DNA of 38,926 nt from Candidatus Zambryskiibacteriota bacterium (GTDB lineage: Bacteria > Patescibacteriota > Minisyncoccia > Phycocordibacterales > DATDWN01), in assembly GCA_026394815.1 (NCBI GenBank), contig JAPLZX010000011.1, positions 20,177-59,102 on the forward strand, written 5' to 3'. The notes beneath the pieces are model-generated. The model saw only the letters and a list, made by a program, of their open reading frames with translations, ran no database searches and had not been told where the DNA came from. A program made the position numbers and the translations under genes. Below are positions 31,034 through 38,926 of this stretch, piece after piece (positions within the stretch are counted from its first letter, which is position 1; every line of letters begins with the position of its first letter).

Positions 31034-32318
31034 AAAAATAAAAAAACATGAAGGAACAAGGCGTAAGCTACGACAGTCTACCAAGAGATTGGTAAAAGCT
31101 AAACCAAAGGCAAAGAAAATAAAGAAGAAAAAATTTGTTGTGCCTAAAGTTCGTAAGAAAAAGAAAAATAAAAGTTCTTTAGCTATGCGAGCAGCAAAAA
31201 CCGTATCACACAAAAACACTCCAAAATTAAAAAAGGCAGACAGACAAGGAGAGGGAATGATAAAACTATTAGCCAAAGGTAAAGACCGTGGTTATATTAC
31301 CTATGATGAGATTTTGAAAGAGTTTCCAACTATTGAGGATGATATTATTTTTCTAGATGAACTTTATGAAAAATTATCAGGAAGCGGTGTTGATATTTTG
31401 GAAGGAGGAGGATTGCTTGAGACACCTCAAAATGAGGACCTTGTAAATAAAAAATATTCCTATGGACGAAGTGGTGAGACATCCTACGATTCTATTCAAA
31501 TGTATCTCAAAGAAATTGGTCAATATCAACTTATTTCAGGTGGAATGGAAAAAGAGTTAGCAAAGCGTATAGAAAAAGGAGATGTTGAAGCAATAAATCT
31601 TTTAGCCAGAGCCAATCTACGTCTAGTTGTTTCTATTGCCAAAAAATATGCAAATCGTAGTCCAGACTTAACTCTTCTTGATCTTATACAGGAAGGGAAT
31701 CTAGGGCTTTTTAAGGCGGTCAGTAAATTTGATTGGACAAAAGGTTATAAATTTTCCACCTATGCAACCTGGTGGATTCGTCAAGCTATCACTCGTGCTT
31801 TGGCTGACCAATCGCGTACAATTCGTGTTCCTGTGCATATGGTAGAGACAATTGCAAAATATAAACAAGTGGTAAGACGTCTTTCTCAAGACCTCGGACG
31901 AGACCCACTACCAGAAGAGATTGCTATTGAAATGAATCTTCCGGTTGATAAAGTTTATACAATTGAGAAAATTGACCAAAGTACCTTATCTCTTGAAAGT
32001 CCGATAGGAGAGGATGGTGATGATAGTAAAAGTAAACTTGGGGATTTTCTTGCAGATGAAAAAATTCTTTCTCCAGACCAAGAGTCTGCTAGACGAATTA
32101 TATCCGACCAAGTTAAAGAAATTTTAAATGATTTACCGGAAAAAGAAAGAAAAATTTTGGAACTTCGTCACGGACTTGTTGATGGTGTGACACATACACT
32201 TGAAGAGGTGGGTAAAGAATTTGGTGTTACTCGTGAGCGTATTAGACAGATTGAAGCTAAGGCTCATGAAAAAATCCGCCAGCATGAAAAGATTAATCGC
32301 CTTCGTAATTATTACTAA
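31023..32318 (+). CDS. rpoD: Primary sigma70 factor with Lys-rich N-terminal extension
   Basis: Region 1.1 [80 protein letters not shown]. Confidence 0.96.
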   Translation: MKNKKIKKHEGTRRKLRQSTKRLVKAKPKAKKIKKKKFVVPKVRKKKKNKSSLAMRAAKTVSHKNTPKLKKADRQGEGMIKLLAKGKDRGYITYDEILKEFPTIEDDIIFLDELYEKLSGSGVDILEGGGLLETPQNEDLVNKKYSYGRSGETSYDSIQMYLKEIGQYQLISGGMEKELAKRIEKGDVEAINLLARANLRLVVSIAKKYANRSPDLTLLDLIQEGNLGLFKAVSKFDWTKGYKFSTYATWWIRQAITRALADQSRTIRVPVHMVETIAKYKQVVRRLSQDLGRDPLPEEIAIEMNLPVDKVYTIEKIDQSTLSLESPIGEDGDDSKSKLGDFLADEKILSPDQESARRIISDQVKEILNDLPEKERKILELRHGLVDGVTHTLEEVGKEFGVTRERIRQIEAKAHEKIRQHEKINRLRNYY

Positions 32319-32336
32319 CAGCTCGGGAATATCTTA

Positions 32337-32373
32337 AAATCAAAAACCCTTAACTTTAAGGGATTTTTGATTT
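32337..32373 (+). terminator. Intrinsic terminator after rpoD
   Basis: AAATCAAAAA-CCCTTAA-CT-TTAAGGG-A-TTTTTGATTT. Confidence 0.75.
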
Positions 32374-32399
32374 ACGAATATGATTACATATGATACTCT
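32371..32399 (+). promoter_or_regulatory. Putative promoter of cassette 6
   Basis: TTTACG (32371-32376), 17 nt, TGA-TACTCT (32394-32399). Confidence 0.5.
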
Positions 32400-32446
32400 A
32401 ATAAAGGAAATTTCTAGACAACCTTTTCAATACTACTGGGGGCCAA

Positions 32447-32632
32447 ATGATAAAAGCTTCTTATGTCGTTGACGGACAAAGGGTTTGCCCGTGTTGCGGA
32501 AGTACAAATATCATTATCGTGGTTAAGCAGTATCGCCACTGTCAAAACTGCGGGCAACTTCTGGAGTCTGTTGAGGTTGACAAAGAGAATGGAGGATGGA
32601 AACTGGCACCCCCTCCTGCCGTTTTGGAGTAG
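32447..32632 (+). CDS. Cassette 6: 61-aa zinc-ribbon miniprotein
   Basis: CPCCGS...HCQNCG; GGGGG SD-like run 4 nt before ATG; raised GC; downstream long hairpin. Confidence 0.7.
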   Translation: MIKASYVVDGQRVCPCCGSTNIIIVVKQYRHCQNCGQLLESVEVDKENGGWKLAPPPAVLE

Positions 32633-32691
32633 TCTCGTATTGGTGAAGGGCCCGTGTTTTTGGGGCCCTTAAACCATCACGAGGCTTTTTT
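32631..32691 (+). terminator. Long bulged hairpin terminator of cassette 6
   Basis: AGTCTCGT..TGGT.AAGGGCCC ... GGGCCCTT..ACCA..ACGAGGCT followed by TTTTT. Confidence 0.75.
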
Positions 32692-32723
32692 CGTAGCTTT
32701 TGATTTCGTGATATTCTATATGT

Positions 32724-35678
32724 ATGATTTCTAACAAAGAATTTGAAGAACGGTATAAAAAATTAAATAAAGAACAAAAAAAAGCCGTTGATACTATTGA
32801 TGGCCCTGTTTTAGTAGTTGCTGGTCCTGGTACAGGGAAAACAGAGATTTTAACTTTGCGTATTGCAAACATTTTAAAAAAAACGGATACAGCTCCTGAA
32901 AATATTTTAGCTCTAACTTTTACTGATTCTGCTGGAACTAATATGAGAAAAAGGCTTTCTCAACTGATTGGTGCTTCTGCCTATAGGGTAGTTATAAACA
33001 CCTTTCATTCTTTTTGTAATGATATTATAAAAAATTATCCAGAATACTTTCCAACTATTATTGGTTCGGCTCATATAACAGCGGTTGAATCACTTTCTAT
33101 TCTGGAAAAACTAATAGATAAATTAACACTTGATCTTTTGCGCCCTTGGGGAGAACCCTTGCATTATTTGCGAGATATAAATAAAAAAATAGAGGAATTA
33201 AAAAGAGAAGGGGTTACTCCAGAAAAATTTCAAAAAATAACAAAGGATGAAGAAAAAAGATTTAAAAATCGAAATGATTTATATCACCAGAAAGGAGCCT
33301 ATAAAGGGAAAATGAAAGGAGAACACAAAAAATTTGAACGCACTATAGAAAAAAACAAAGAATTGGCTTTAATCTACATTGAATATCAAAAAACATTAAA
33401 AGAGGAACGAAAATATGATTGGAGCGATATGATAATGGAAGTTTTACATGCTTTAGAGGAGGGGGGAGATTTAAAGTTATCTCTTCAAGAAAATCATCAT
33501 TATGTTTTAGTTGATGAACACCAAGATACAAATAATGCCCAAAACAGGATAATAGAACTTTTGCTTGATTTTCATAAAAACCCGAACATTTTCATTGTGG
33601 GAGATGAAAAGCAAGCAATTTTTCGATTTCAAGGTGCTTCTATTGAAAATTTCTTTTATTTTAAAAAACTTTATCCAATGGCAGAAGTTATAGAACTTTC
33701 AAGCAATTATCGTTCTAGTCAGGGGATTTTGGATGCTGCTCATTCTCTTATGCCTTCAAAGATTCCTCTTAAATCAAAAAATGTTTCATCAGGAGGTGCA
33801 GAGATTTATGTTGCAGAGCTTTCGACTAAAAGTTATGAACTTTATTTTGTAGCACAAAAGATAAAAGAACTTACAAAAAAAGAAAAAATTTCTCCAGAAG
33901 AGATTGCTGTGCTTTATCGTTCAAACAAAGAAGCTTTTGCTATATCTGAAGCATTACAAAGAGAAGAAGTAGTTCATGTTATAGAATCTGACGAAGATTT
34001 ATTATCTGAAAGATTTGTAAAAAAATTAATTATAATATTCGACACAATTTCTCATTATAGTGATGATGAATATTTAATTCCTTTACTTCATATAGATGAG
34101 TTTGAGATTGATGCTTTGGATCTTTATCGACTAATAGCTAAATCATCAAAAGAAAAAACATCTTTGTATGATTTAATATCTAATTCAGAAAACTACAATA
34201 TATTAGAAATTAGTAGGAAACTAAAATCTTGGACGAGATTTGCAAACAGTGATAACCTTTCTGAATTTTTGGAAAGAGTGTTACGAGAGTCAGGTATTTT
34301 AAATTCTATGATTTCATCAAAAAATGCCAGCGCATTTTTAGGTATTGAGAGACTTTTTGAGGAAGGAAAAAGAATTGCTACGAATCGAATGGGGGCAAGT
34401 TTTAAAGATTTTGTGGAATATATAAACATACTTAGAGATCATAATTTATTTATAAAACGTCCAAAACACTCTATAAATCAAAAAGCAGTTCGTTTAATGA
34501 CTGCGCACGGAGCAAAAGGTTTAGAGTTTGAATATGTCTTTATTATAAATGCTACAGAGAACTCTTTTGGAGAAAAAGCTGACCGAGATCATCTACCTCT
34601 TTTACCCAAAGTTTATTTGAAGGGGGATGTAGATATAAATCTAGACAAGAATTCTATAGAGGATGAGCGTCGACTTTTTTATGTTTGCATAACTCGAGCA
34701 AAAAAATTCGTCTATATTACACATGCTTCTTTTGATGAAAACGGGAAAGAAGTTTTAGCGTCACCTTTTGTCTTAGAGATTAGAGCCGATAGAAAAAACA
34801 TACTTGATACAAATCAATTTGAGAAAAAAATAAAAGAAAATCCACAATTACTTTTTGCAGAAAGAAAACCTGTGGAAATTCTAGAAATAGACCGTCAATT
34901 TATTAATGAATTATTCCATTCACATCCATTATCTGTTAGTGCTTTAAATAATTATCTGACATGTCCTTGGAAATATTTTTATAGAAATCTTCTTCGTATC
35001 CCCAGTTCTCCAGAAAAACATCAAATATATGGTATTGCTATGCATTCATCTGTTGAAGATATGTGGCGTGTAATGAAAGATAGGGAGGTAGATAAAAAAT
35101 TTCTTCTCGATTCATACAAAAGAAATCTAGGTCTTTTGGGTATTTTATCTCAAAGAGAATTTAATGAGGCTTTGGAAAAAGGCAACAAATCCCTCTCTGG
35201 TTGGTTTAAATGGTCAAATCCAAAACTGACCAATCCTGTAATTCCAGAATTTAAAATAAATGGAGTAGAATTGTCTCCTGGTATTATACTCTCTGGTAAT
35301 TTAGATAAGGTGGAGATTATCTCTTCAAACAAGGTTGTGGTGACTGATTATAAAACAGGCAAACAAAGAAGTCGTAATGATATAGAAGGTAAAACAAAAA
35401 ACTCTACTGGAGATATGAAAAGGCAACTAGAGTTTTATAAATTACTTTTGAAATTACACGATAACATTATTATGCAAACAGGGATTATTGAGTTTTTGGA
35501 ACCAAATGATAGTGGTAAATATAATCGTGAGGAATTTGAAATAAGTGAAGAAGAAGTTAATAAGCTTATAAAAACCATAAAACAAGCAGTAAAAGAAATC
35601 ACAACCTTATCTTTTTGGGATAAGGTTTGTGATGATAAAGATTGTCAATATTGTTCTTATAGAAAACTACTGAAGTAA
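32724..35678 (+). CDS. UvrD/PcrA-like SF1A helicase fused to a C-terminal PD-(D/E)XK nuclease
   Basis: AGPGTGKT, LALTFT, VDEHQD, VGDEKQAIFRFQGA, NYRS, MTAHGAKGLEF, ERRLFYVCITRAK; LSVSALNNYLTCP...GNLDKV...DYKTG...QLEFY...CQYC. Confidence 0.92.
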   Translation: MISNKEFEERYKKLNKEQKKAVDTIDGPVLVVAGPGTGKTEILTLRIANILKKTDTAPENILALTFTDSAGTNMRKRLSQLIGASAYRVVINTFHSFCNDIIKNYPEYFPTIIGSAHITAVESLSILEKLIDKLTLDLLRPWGEPLHYLRDINKKIEELKREGVTPEKFQKITKDEEKRFKNRNDLYHQKGAYKGKMKGEHKKFERTIEKNKELALIYIEYQKTLKEERKYDWSDMIMEVLHALEEGGDLKLSLQENHHYVLVDEHQDTNNAQNRIIELLLDFHKNPNIFIVGDEKQAIFRFQGASIENFFYFKKLYPMAEVIELSSNYRSSQGILDAAHSLMPSKIPLKSKNVSSGGAEIYVAELSTKSYELYFVAQKIKELTKKEKISPEEIAVLYRSNKEAFAISEALQREEVVHVIESDEDLLSERFVKKLIIIFDTISHYSDDEYLIPLLHIDEFEIDALDLYRLIAKSSKEKTSLYDLISNSENYNILEISRKLKSWTRFANSDNLSEFLERVLRESGILNSMISSKNASAFLGIERLFEEGKRIATNRMGASFKDFVEYINILRDHNLFIKRPKHSINQKAVRLMTAHGAKGLEFEYVFIINATENSFGEKADRDHLPLLPKVYLKGDVDINLDKNSIEDERRLFYVCITRAKKFVYITHASFDENGKEVLASPFVLEIRADRKNILDTNQFEKKIKENPQLLFAERKPVEILEIDRQFINELFHSHPLSVSALNNYLTCPWKYFYRNLLRIPSSPEKHQIYGIAMHSSVEDMWRVMKDREVDKKFLLDSYKRNLGLLGILSQREFNEALEKGNKSLSGWFKWSNPKLTNPVIPEFKINGVELSPGIILSGNLDKVEIISSNKVVVTDYKTGKQRSRNDIEGKTKNSTGDMKRQLEFYKLLLKLHDNIIMQTGIIEFLEPNDSGKYNREEFEISEEEVNKLIKTIKQAVKEITTLSFWDKVCDDKDCQYCSYRKLLK

Positions 35679-36359
35679 AGCATCAATAATAGGTTTCAAA
35701 CTTTCATATGGCACAGCCCCCCCTGTGATTGGTGTCTTTGTTCCATCTTTTGAAATGATTACTGAATATGGGGTTCCTTGTGCTCCTGCGTTTTGTGCAT
35801 CTTGAACACTCGCTTCTATTTTTGCTGCATATTTACCACTGGATAAACAAGTATTGAATGCTGTTACATCAAGACCCACAGCTTTTGCCATTTTTGGAAG
35901 TTCTGCTGGGTCGAGTGAATTATTTGAGTTTGTTGTTTGGTAAAGTAAATTAGTATATTCCCAGAATTTTTCTCCACTACCAAGTTCATTTGCGCACTCC
36001 ATTGCTTCTGATTCTTTACGTGCTTTTGGGTGATTTGAATCTATAGGAAAATGTCTATAAACCCAGGCAACCCTACCATCCTTACCATACTCATTCATTA
36101 CTCTTTGTAATGTATTATGAAATACTTTACAATAAGGACATTCAGTATCTGAATATTCTACTATTATTAAATCTGCATTTGGGTTTCCTAGGATATGATC
36201 ATCTGCAGATACAGGTTTCATACCAACATTAGTATTCACAATGGGAGCATTATTCACGGCTTTAATGGGGGCTTTTACATTTGAATAATACAAAGCTCCA
36301 GCTATTAAAGCTCCAGATATTACAACAGCTATTGGTACTGACAATTTTTCCATATTCAT
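35667..36359 (-). CDS. DsbA-family thioredoxin-fold protein with N-terminal membrane anchor
   Basis: IVEYSDTECPYCK, YRHFP and GTP cis-Pro motifs. Start at ATG 36359 (or 36353). Confidence 0.9.
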   Translation of the reverse strand: MNMEKLSVPIAVVISGALIAGALYYSNVKAPIKAVNNAPIVNTNVGMKPVSADDHILGNPNADLIIVEYSDTECPYCKVFHNTLQRVMNEYGKDGRVAWVYRHFPIDSNHPKARKESEAMECANELGSGEKFWEYTNLLYQTTNSNNSLDPAELPKMAKAVGLDVTAFNTCLSSGKYAAKIEASVQDAQNAGAQGTPYSVIISKDGTKTPITGGAVPYESLKPIIDALLQ

Positions 36360-36456
36360 CCCGTTTAGAAGTGGAGTCATATTTCATTTTGACCCAACTT
36401 AAATTAAATTTCTAATAAAACTTATCTTTATATGAACCACGTAGACTTCTAACGGG
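36360..36456. mobile_element. 97-bp MITE-like element with 6-bp target-site duplication
   Basis: Ends CCCGTTTAGAAGT / ACTTCTAACGGG (inverted, 1-nt indel), flanked by direct ATTCAT (36354-36359 and 36457-36462). Confidence 0.75.
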
Positions 36457-36499
36457 ATTCATATTTTTTAATTACGTTTCCGTGTTAATATTGTACTAT

Positions 36500-37252
36500 A
36501 TGACATATTTTGTGGCAATGATACTAGGTTTTGTTGAGGGGGCAACAGAATTTATACCAATTTCATCCTCTGGACACCTTATAATCTTTCGTCAAATATT
36601 GGGTGCAAATAATTTTAACAGTTTAGCTTTTGATGCAGTACTTCAGCTTTCTGCTGCATTAGCACTTTTTGTCTATTTTTGGAAGGATGTTTTAAGTTTA
36701 AAAGAAAATAAGACACTACTCTATACTATTTTAGTCGGAACAATTCCAGCAATTATTTTTGGATTATTGCTTGAGAATTGGATGGGGACTATTTTTCGTA
36801 ATACAGAACTCGTGGCGTTAACTCTGATTCTTGGTAGTGTTTTATTTTGGTATGCAGAAAAAGTAGCCAAACAAGATAAGGTAGTTACTTTGGGTAGGGG
36901 AATAATAATTGGGTTTTTTCAATGTCTTGCTTTAGTACCGGGAGTGTCCCGTTCCGGCGCCACTATCTCTGGAGGACTTATCACTGGGCTTAACAAAGAT
37001 GAAGCTGTGCGTTTTAGTTTCCTACTTTCTCTACCAATACTATTTGGAGCTGGTTTGAAAAAAGTTTTCGAAGTTCGTCAAGAATTATTTTCTGTAGATT
37101 TTGGCTTACCACTTTTTTTAGGATGTATTACGGCTTTTATCACAGGACTTATAGCAATTAATTTTCTTATAAAATATCTCAAGACCCACAGTCTAAAATT
37201 ATTTATCTGGTATAGAGTAGTTTTAGCAATAATTATATTTTTGGTTTTTTAA
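36500..37252 (+). CDS. uppP: Undecaprenyl-diphosphatase
   Basis: GFVEGATEFIPISSSGHL, QCLALVPGVSRSGATI, FSFLLSLP, FIWYR. Confidence 0.95.
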   Translation: MTYFVAMILGFVEGATEFIPISSSGHLIIFRQILGANNFNSLAFDAVLQLSAALALFVYFWKDVLSLKENKTLLYTILVGTIPAIIFGLLLENWMGTIFRNTELVALTLILGSVLFWYAEKVAKQDKVVTLGRGIIIGFFQCLALVPGVSRSGATISGGLITGLNKDEAVRFSFLLSLPILFGAGLKKVFEVRQELFSVDFGLPLFLGCITAFITGLIAINFLIKYLKTHSLKLFIWYRVVLAIIIFLVF

Positions 37253-37795
37253 ATAGTTGCACCATTATGAAGGGGTAGACAAAATAGTTTTTTGTATTCT
37301 ATTGTTTTTTCTAAGGGTCTATAAATTACCAACTTTTTGATTAACTTTTTTAAATTTTATTTCTAGATTTCTCTGGTTATAACAATTTTAAGATTCCAAA
37401 TTTTGTAAATTTTATAGCTACTTGAGATAAGGGGGAAGTCCTCATTTCTTATTTTTATTATAGTCGTTAAAGGATCTTTAAAAGACCAAAAATGAAAATT
37501 ATCTTGAGTTAGTACAATTATAAACCTTAATAAAGTTTCATAATAATTAATAAGAAAATTTCAAGTTTATTTGTTTTTTAACCTATAAATCAAAAAAGCT
37601 TTAAATAAATTAGTACGAACTAAATACATTAAAACCAGATGATTAATAGGTAATTTATAACTATTTCCTTGAGATTAAATCCTACTACTTTTTCTGAACA
37701 TTTTTTCAGGTCTTTTTCTTTATAAGAAAAATCTCTCGTAATTTCCCAAAATATTGCTTCGTCTTTTTCATGACGGATAGACAACAAATTGAGTA

Positions 37796-37841
37796 TTATC
37801 CACATATTTTTGTGTTTTTATATGAACACAAAATATATAAT
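37796..37841 (+). promoter_or_regulatory. DnaA box, inverted repeat and -10 box upstream of the tandem-HTH gene
   Basis: TTATCCACA 37796-37804; TTTGTGTT-N8-AACACAAA; TATAAT 37836-37841. Confidence 0.6.
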
Positions 37842-37848
37842 TATCTCA

Positions 37849-38926
37849 ATGAGTTCTGATCTATTTTTTGAAAATAAAAAATATATTTCAGTTAAAAAAG
37901 CCCATCTCTTGACGGGCTATTCAAAAGACCACATTAGTAAACTTTGTCGGCTTGATATTGTTGCATCAAAAAAAATAGGTCAGATTTGGTATGTCGGTGA
38001 AGAATCAATTCTCAAACATAAAGGTTCGTCTGTTTCTAATAATTTCCTTAAAATTGAAGACAGGTATATTTCAGTTAAAGAGGCGAGTCTCTTAACTGGC
38101 TATGCCAAAGATTATATAAGCAAACTTTGTCGACAACAGTTAGTGGTTTCTAAGATGATTGGTCGAGCTTGGTTTGTGGATGAGGAATCGATTTTAAAAT
38201 ATAAAAATGCTCCAACCAACTTTAATTTTTCACAAAATCTTAATGGACGAAAAAAAGAAGAAAAAGTTTTAGTTGAAAAATCTATTGTTGCCAAATCCCC
38301 AAAAGTAAAACATTCTAAACCTTCAGCTTTTAAATATTTCCATATCAATCTACCGAGAGTAATCACTCCTGTTCTAGTTGTTCTTCTTGTCCTAACCACC
38401 TTCTTTCTAAAAAACATCTCTCCAGTAGAAACCACATATCAAGCACTGAATGAAATAGTTGATTATTACAGCACAAAGCTAGGACAACAATACAACAATC
38501 TAGGTAATGTAATTATCAGAGAAACATCAACTCTCCTAAACAACCCAGCACTCTATCTAGTACAGAACCTAAAGTCTCTGTCAGAGAAAGAAGTAAATCT
38601 AGTAAAAACAATTAACACAAAATCTGTAGAATTAACATTAAACACTCCCAGAAGAATATTCTCATTCATCTCCGACTCTCTGAATGGAATAACAGATGCA
38701 AGAAATCTAACAGCTAATGTCATCACTTCACTTAATCCTTTTGACCAAGCAGGAGTACTGGTCTACCAGAAAATAAATAATTTGATTGATAACCTGCTCT
38801 ATCAACCAACATCTAGATTATTTACCACATCTGAAATTGTTACACCGACAGTTGTTAAACCAAAAGTTGTTGTACCTGAAGTACCCAAAGTCATTGTTCA
38901 AAAAGAAATCACTCCTCCTGCTCAAA
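37849..38926 (+). CDS. Partial ORF (runs off window): two tandem excisionase/MerR-like HTH domains, a TM helix, then a presumed extracellular region
   Basis: Open from ATG 37849 to the window end. Repeats YISVKKAHLLTGYSKDHISKLCR...IGQIWYVGEESIL and YISVKEASLLTGYAKDYISKLCR...IGRAWFVDEESIL, then VITPVLVVLLVLTTFFL. Absent from the ORF track because it has no stop. Confidence 0.85.
   Translation, partial: MSSDLFFENKKYISVKKAHLLTGYSKDHISKLCRLDIVASKKIGQIWYVGEESILKHKGSSVSNNFLKIEDRYISVKEASLLTGYAKDYISKLCRQQLVVSKMIGRAWFVDEESILKYKNAPTNFNFSQNLNGRKKEEKVLVEKSIVAKSPKVKHSKPSAFKYFHINLPRVITPVLVVLLVLTTFFLKNISPVETTYQALNEIVDYYSTKLGQQYNNLGNVIIRETSTLLNNPALYLVQNLKSLSEKEVNLVKTINTKSVELTLNTPRRIFSFISDSLNGITDARNLTANVITSLNPFDQAGVLVYQKINNLIDNLLYQPTSRLFTTSEIVTPTVVKPKVVVPEVPKVIVQKEITPPAQ

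Noticed and set aside
37253-37848. oriC
   Set aside because: Only one perfect DnaA box seen, no box cluster, and no dnaA/dnaN nearby.

Overview
AT-rich bacterial chromosome segment. Gene content and streamlining suggest Patescibacteria/CPR (Parcubacteria-like); this is an inference. The backbone is housekeeping: gyrB 3' end, pspC-domain gene, thrS, dnaE, rnhB, rpmF, nusB-NUDIX fusion, rnc, short smc, rnr, rpsP-khpA-trmD, an ABC-2 exporter, a Pif1-like helicase, a CapA-family gene, a lexA operon, rpoB-rpoC, dnaG-rpoD, a UvrD/PD-(D/E)XK helicase-nuclease, dsbA, uppP, and the start of a tandem-HTH membrane protein. The most striking structure is six solitary, GC-richer single-gene cassettes between core genes (~2.4, 5.9, 11.4, 13.7, 17.4 and 32.5 kb). 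Each has its own sigma70 promoter, a Shine-Dalgarno site (AGGAGG(TG) in four) and a GC-rich 3' hairpin. At least 12 other genes instead look leaderless, with a -10 box 6-9 nt before the ATG and no SD. Cassette cargo includes two Zn-finger miniproteins and a minimal kinase-like protein. Also seen: a large structured RNA upstream of rpoB, a 97-bp MITE-like element at the dsbA start codon, in-frame palindromes in rnhB and rnr, a GAAC-N4-GTTC LexA box, three perfect DnaA boxes, and four small deletions (dnaE, ABC ATPase, rpoC, dnaG) that are probably assembly errors. Everything was read by eye; no database searches were run.
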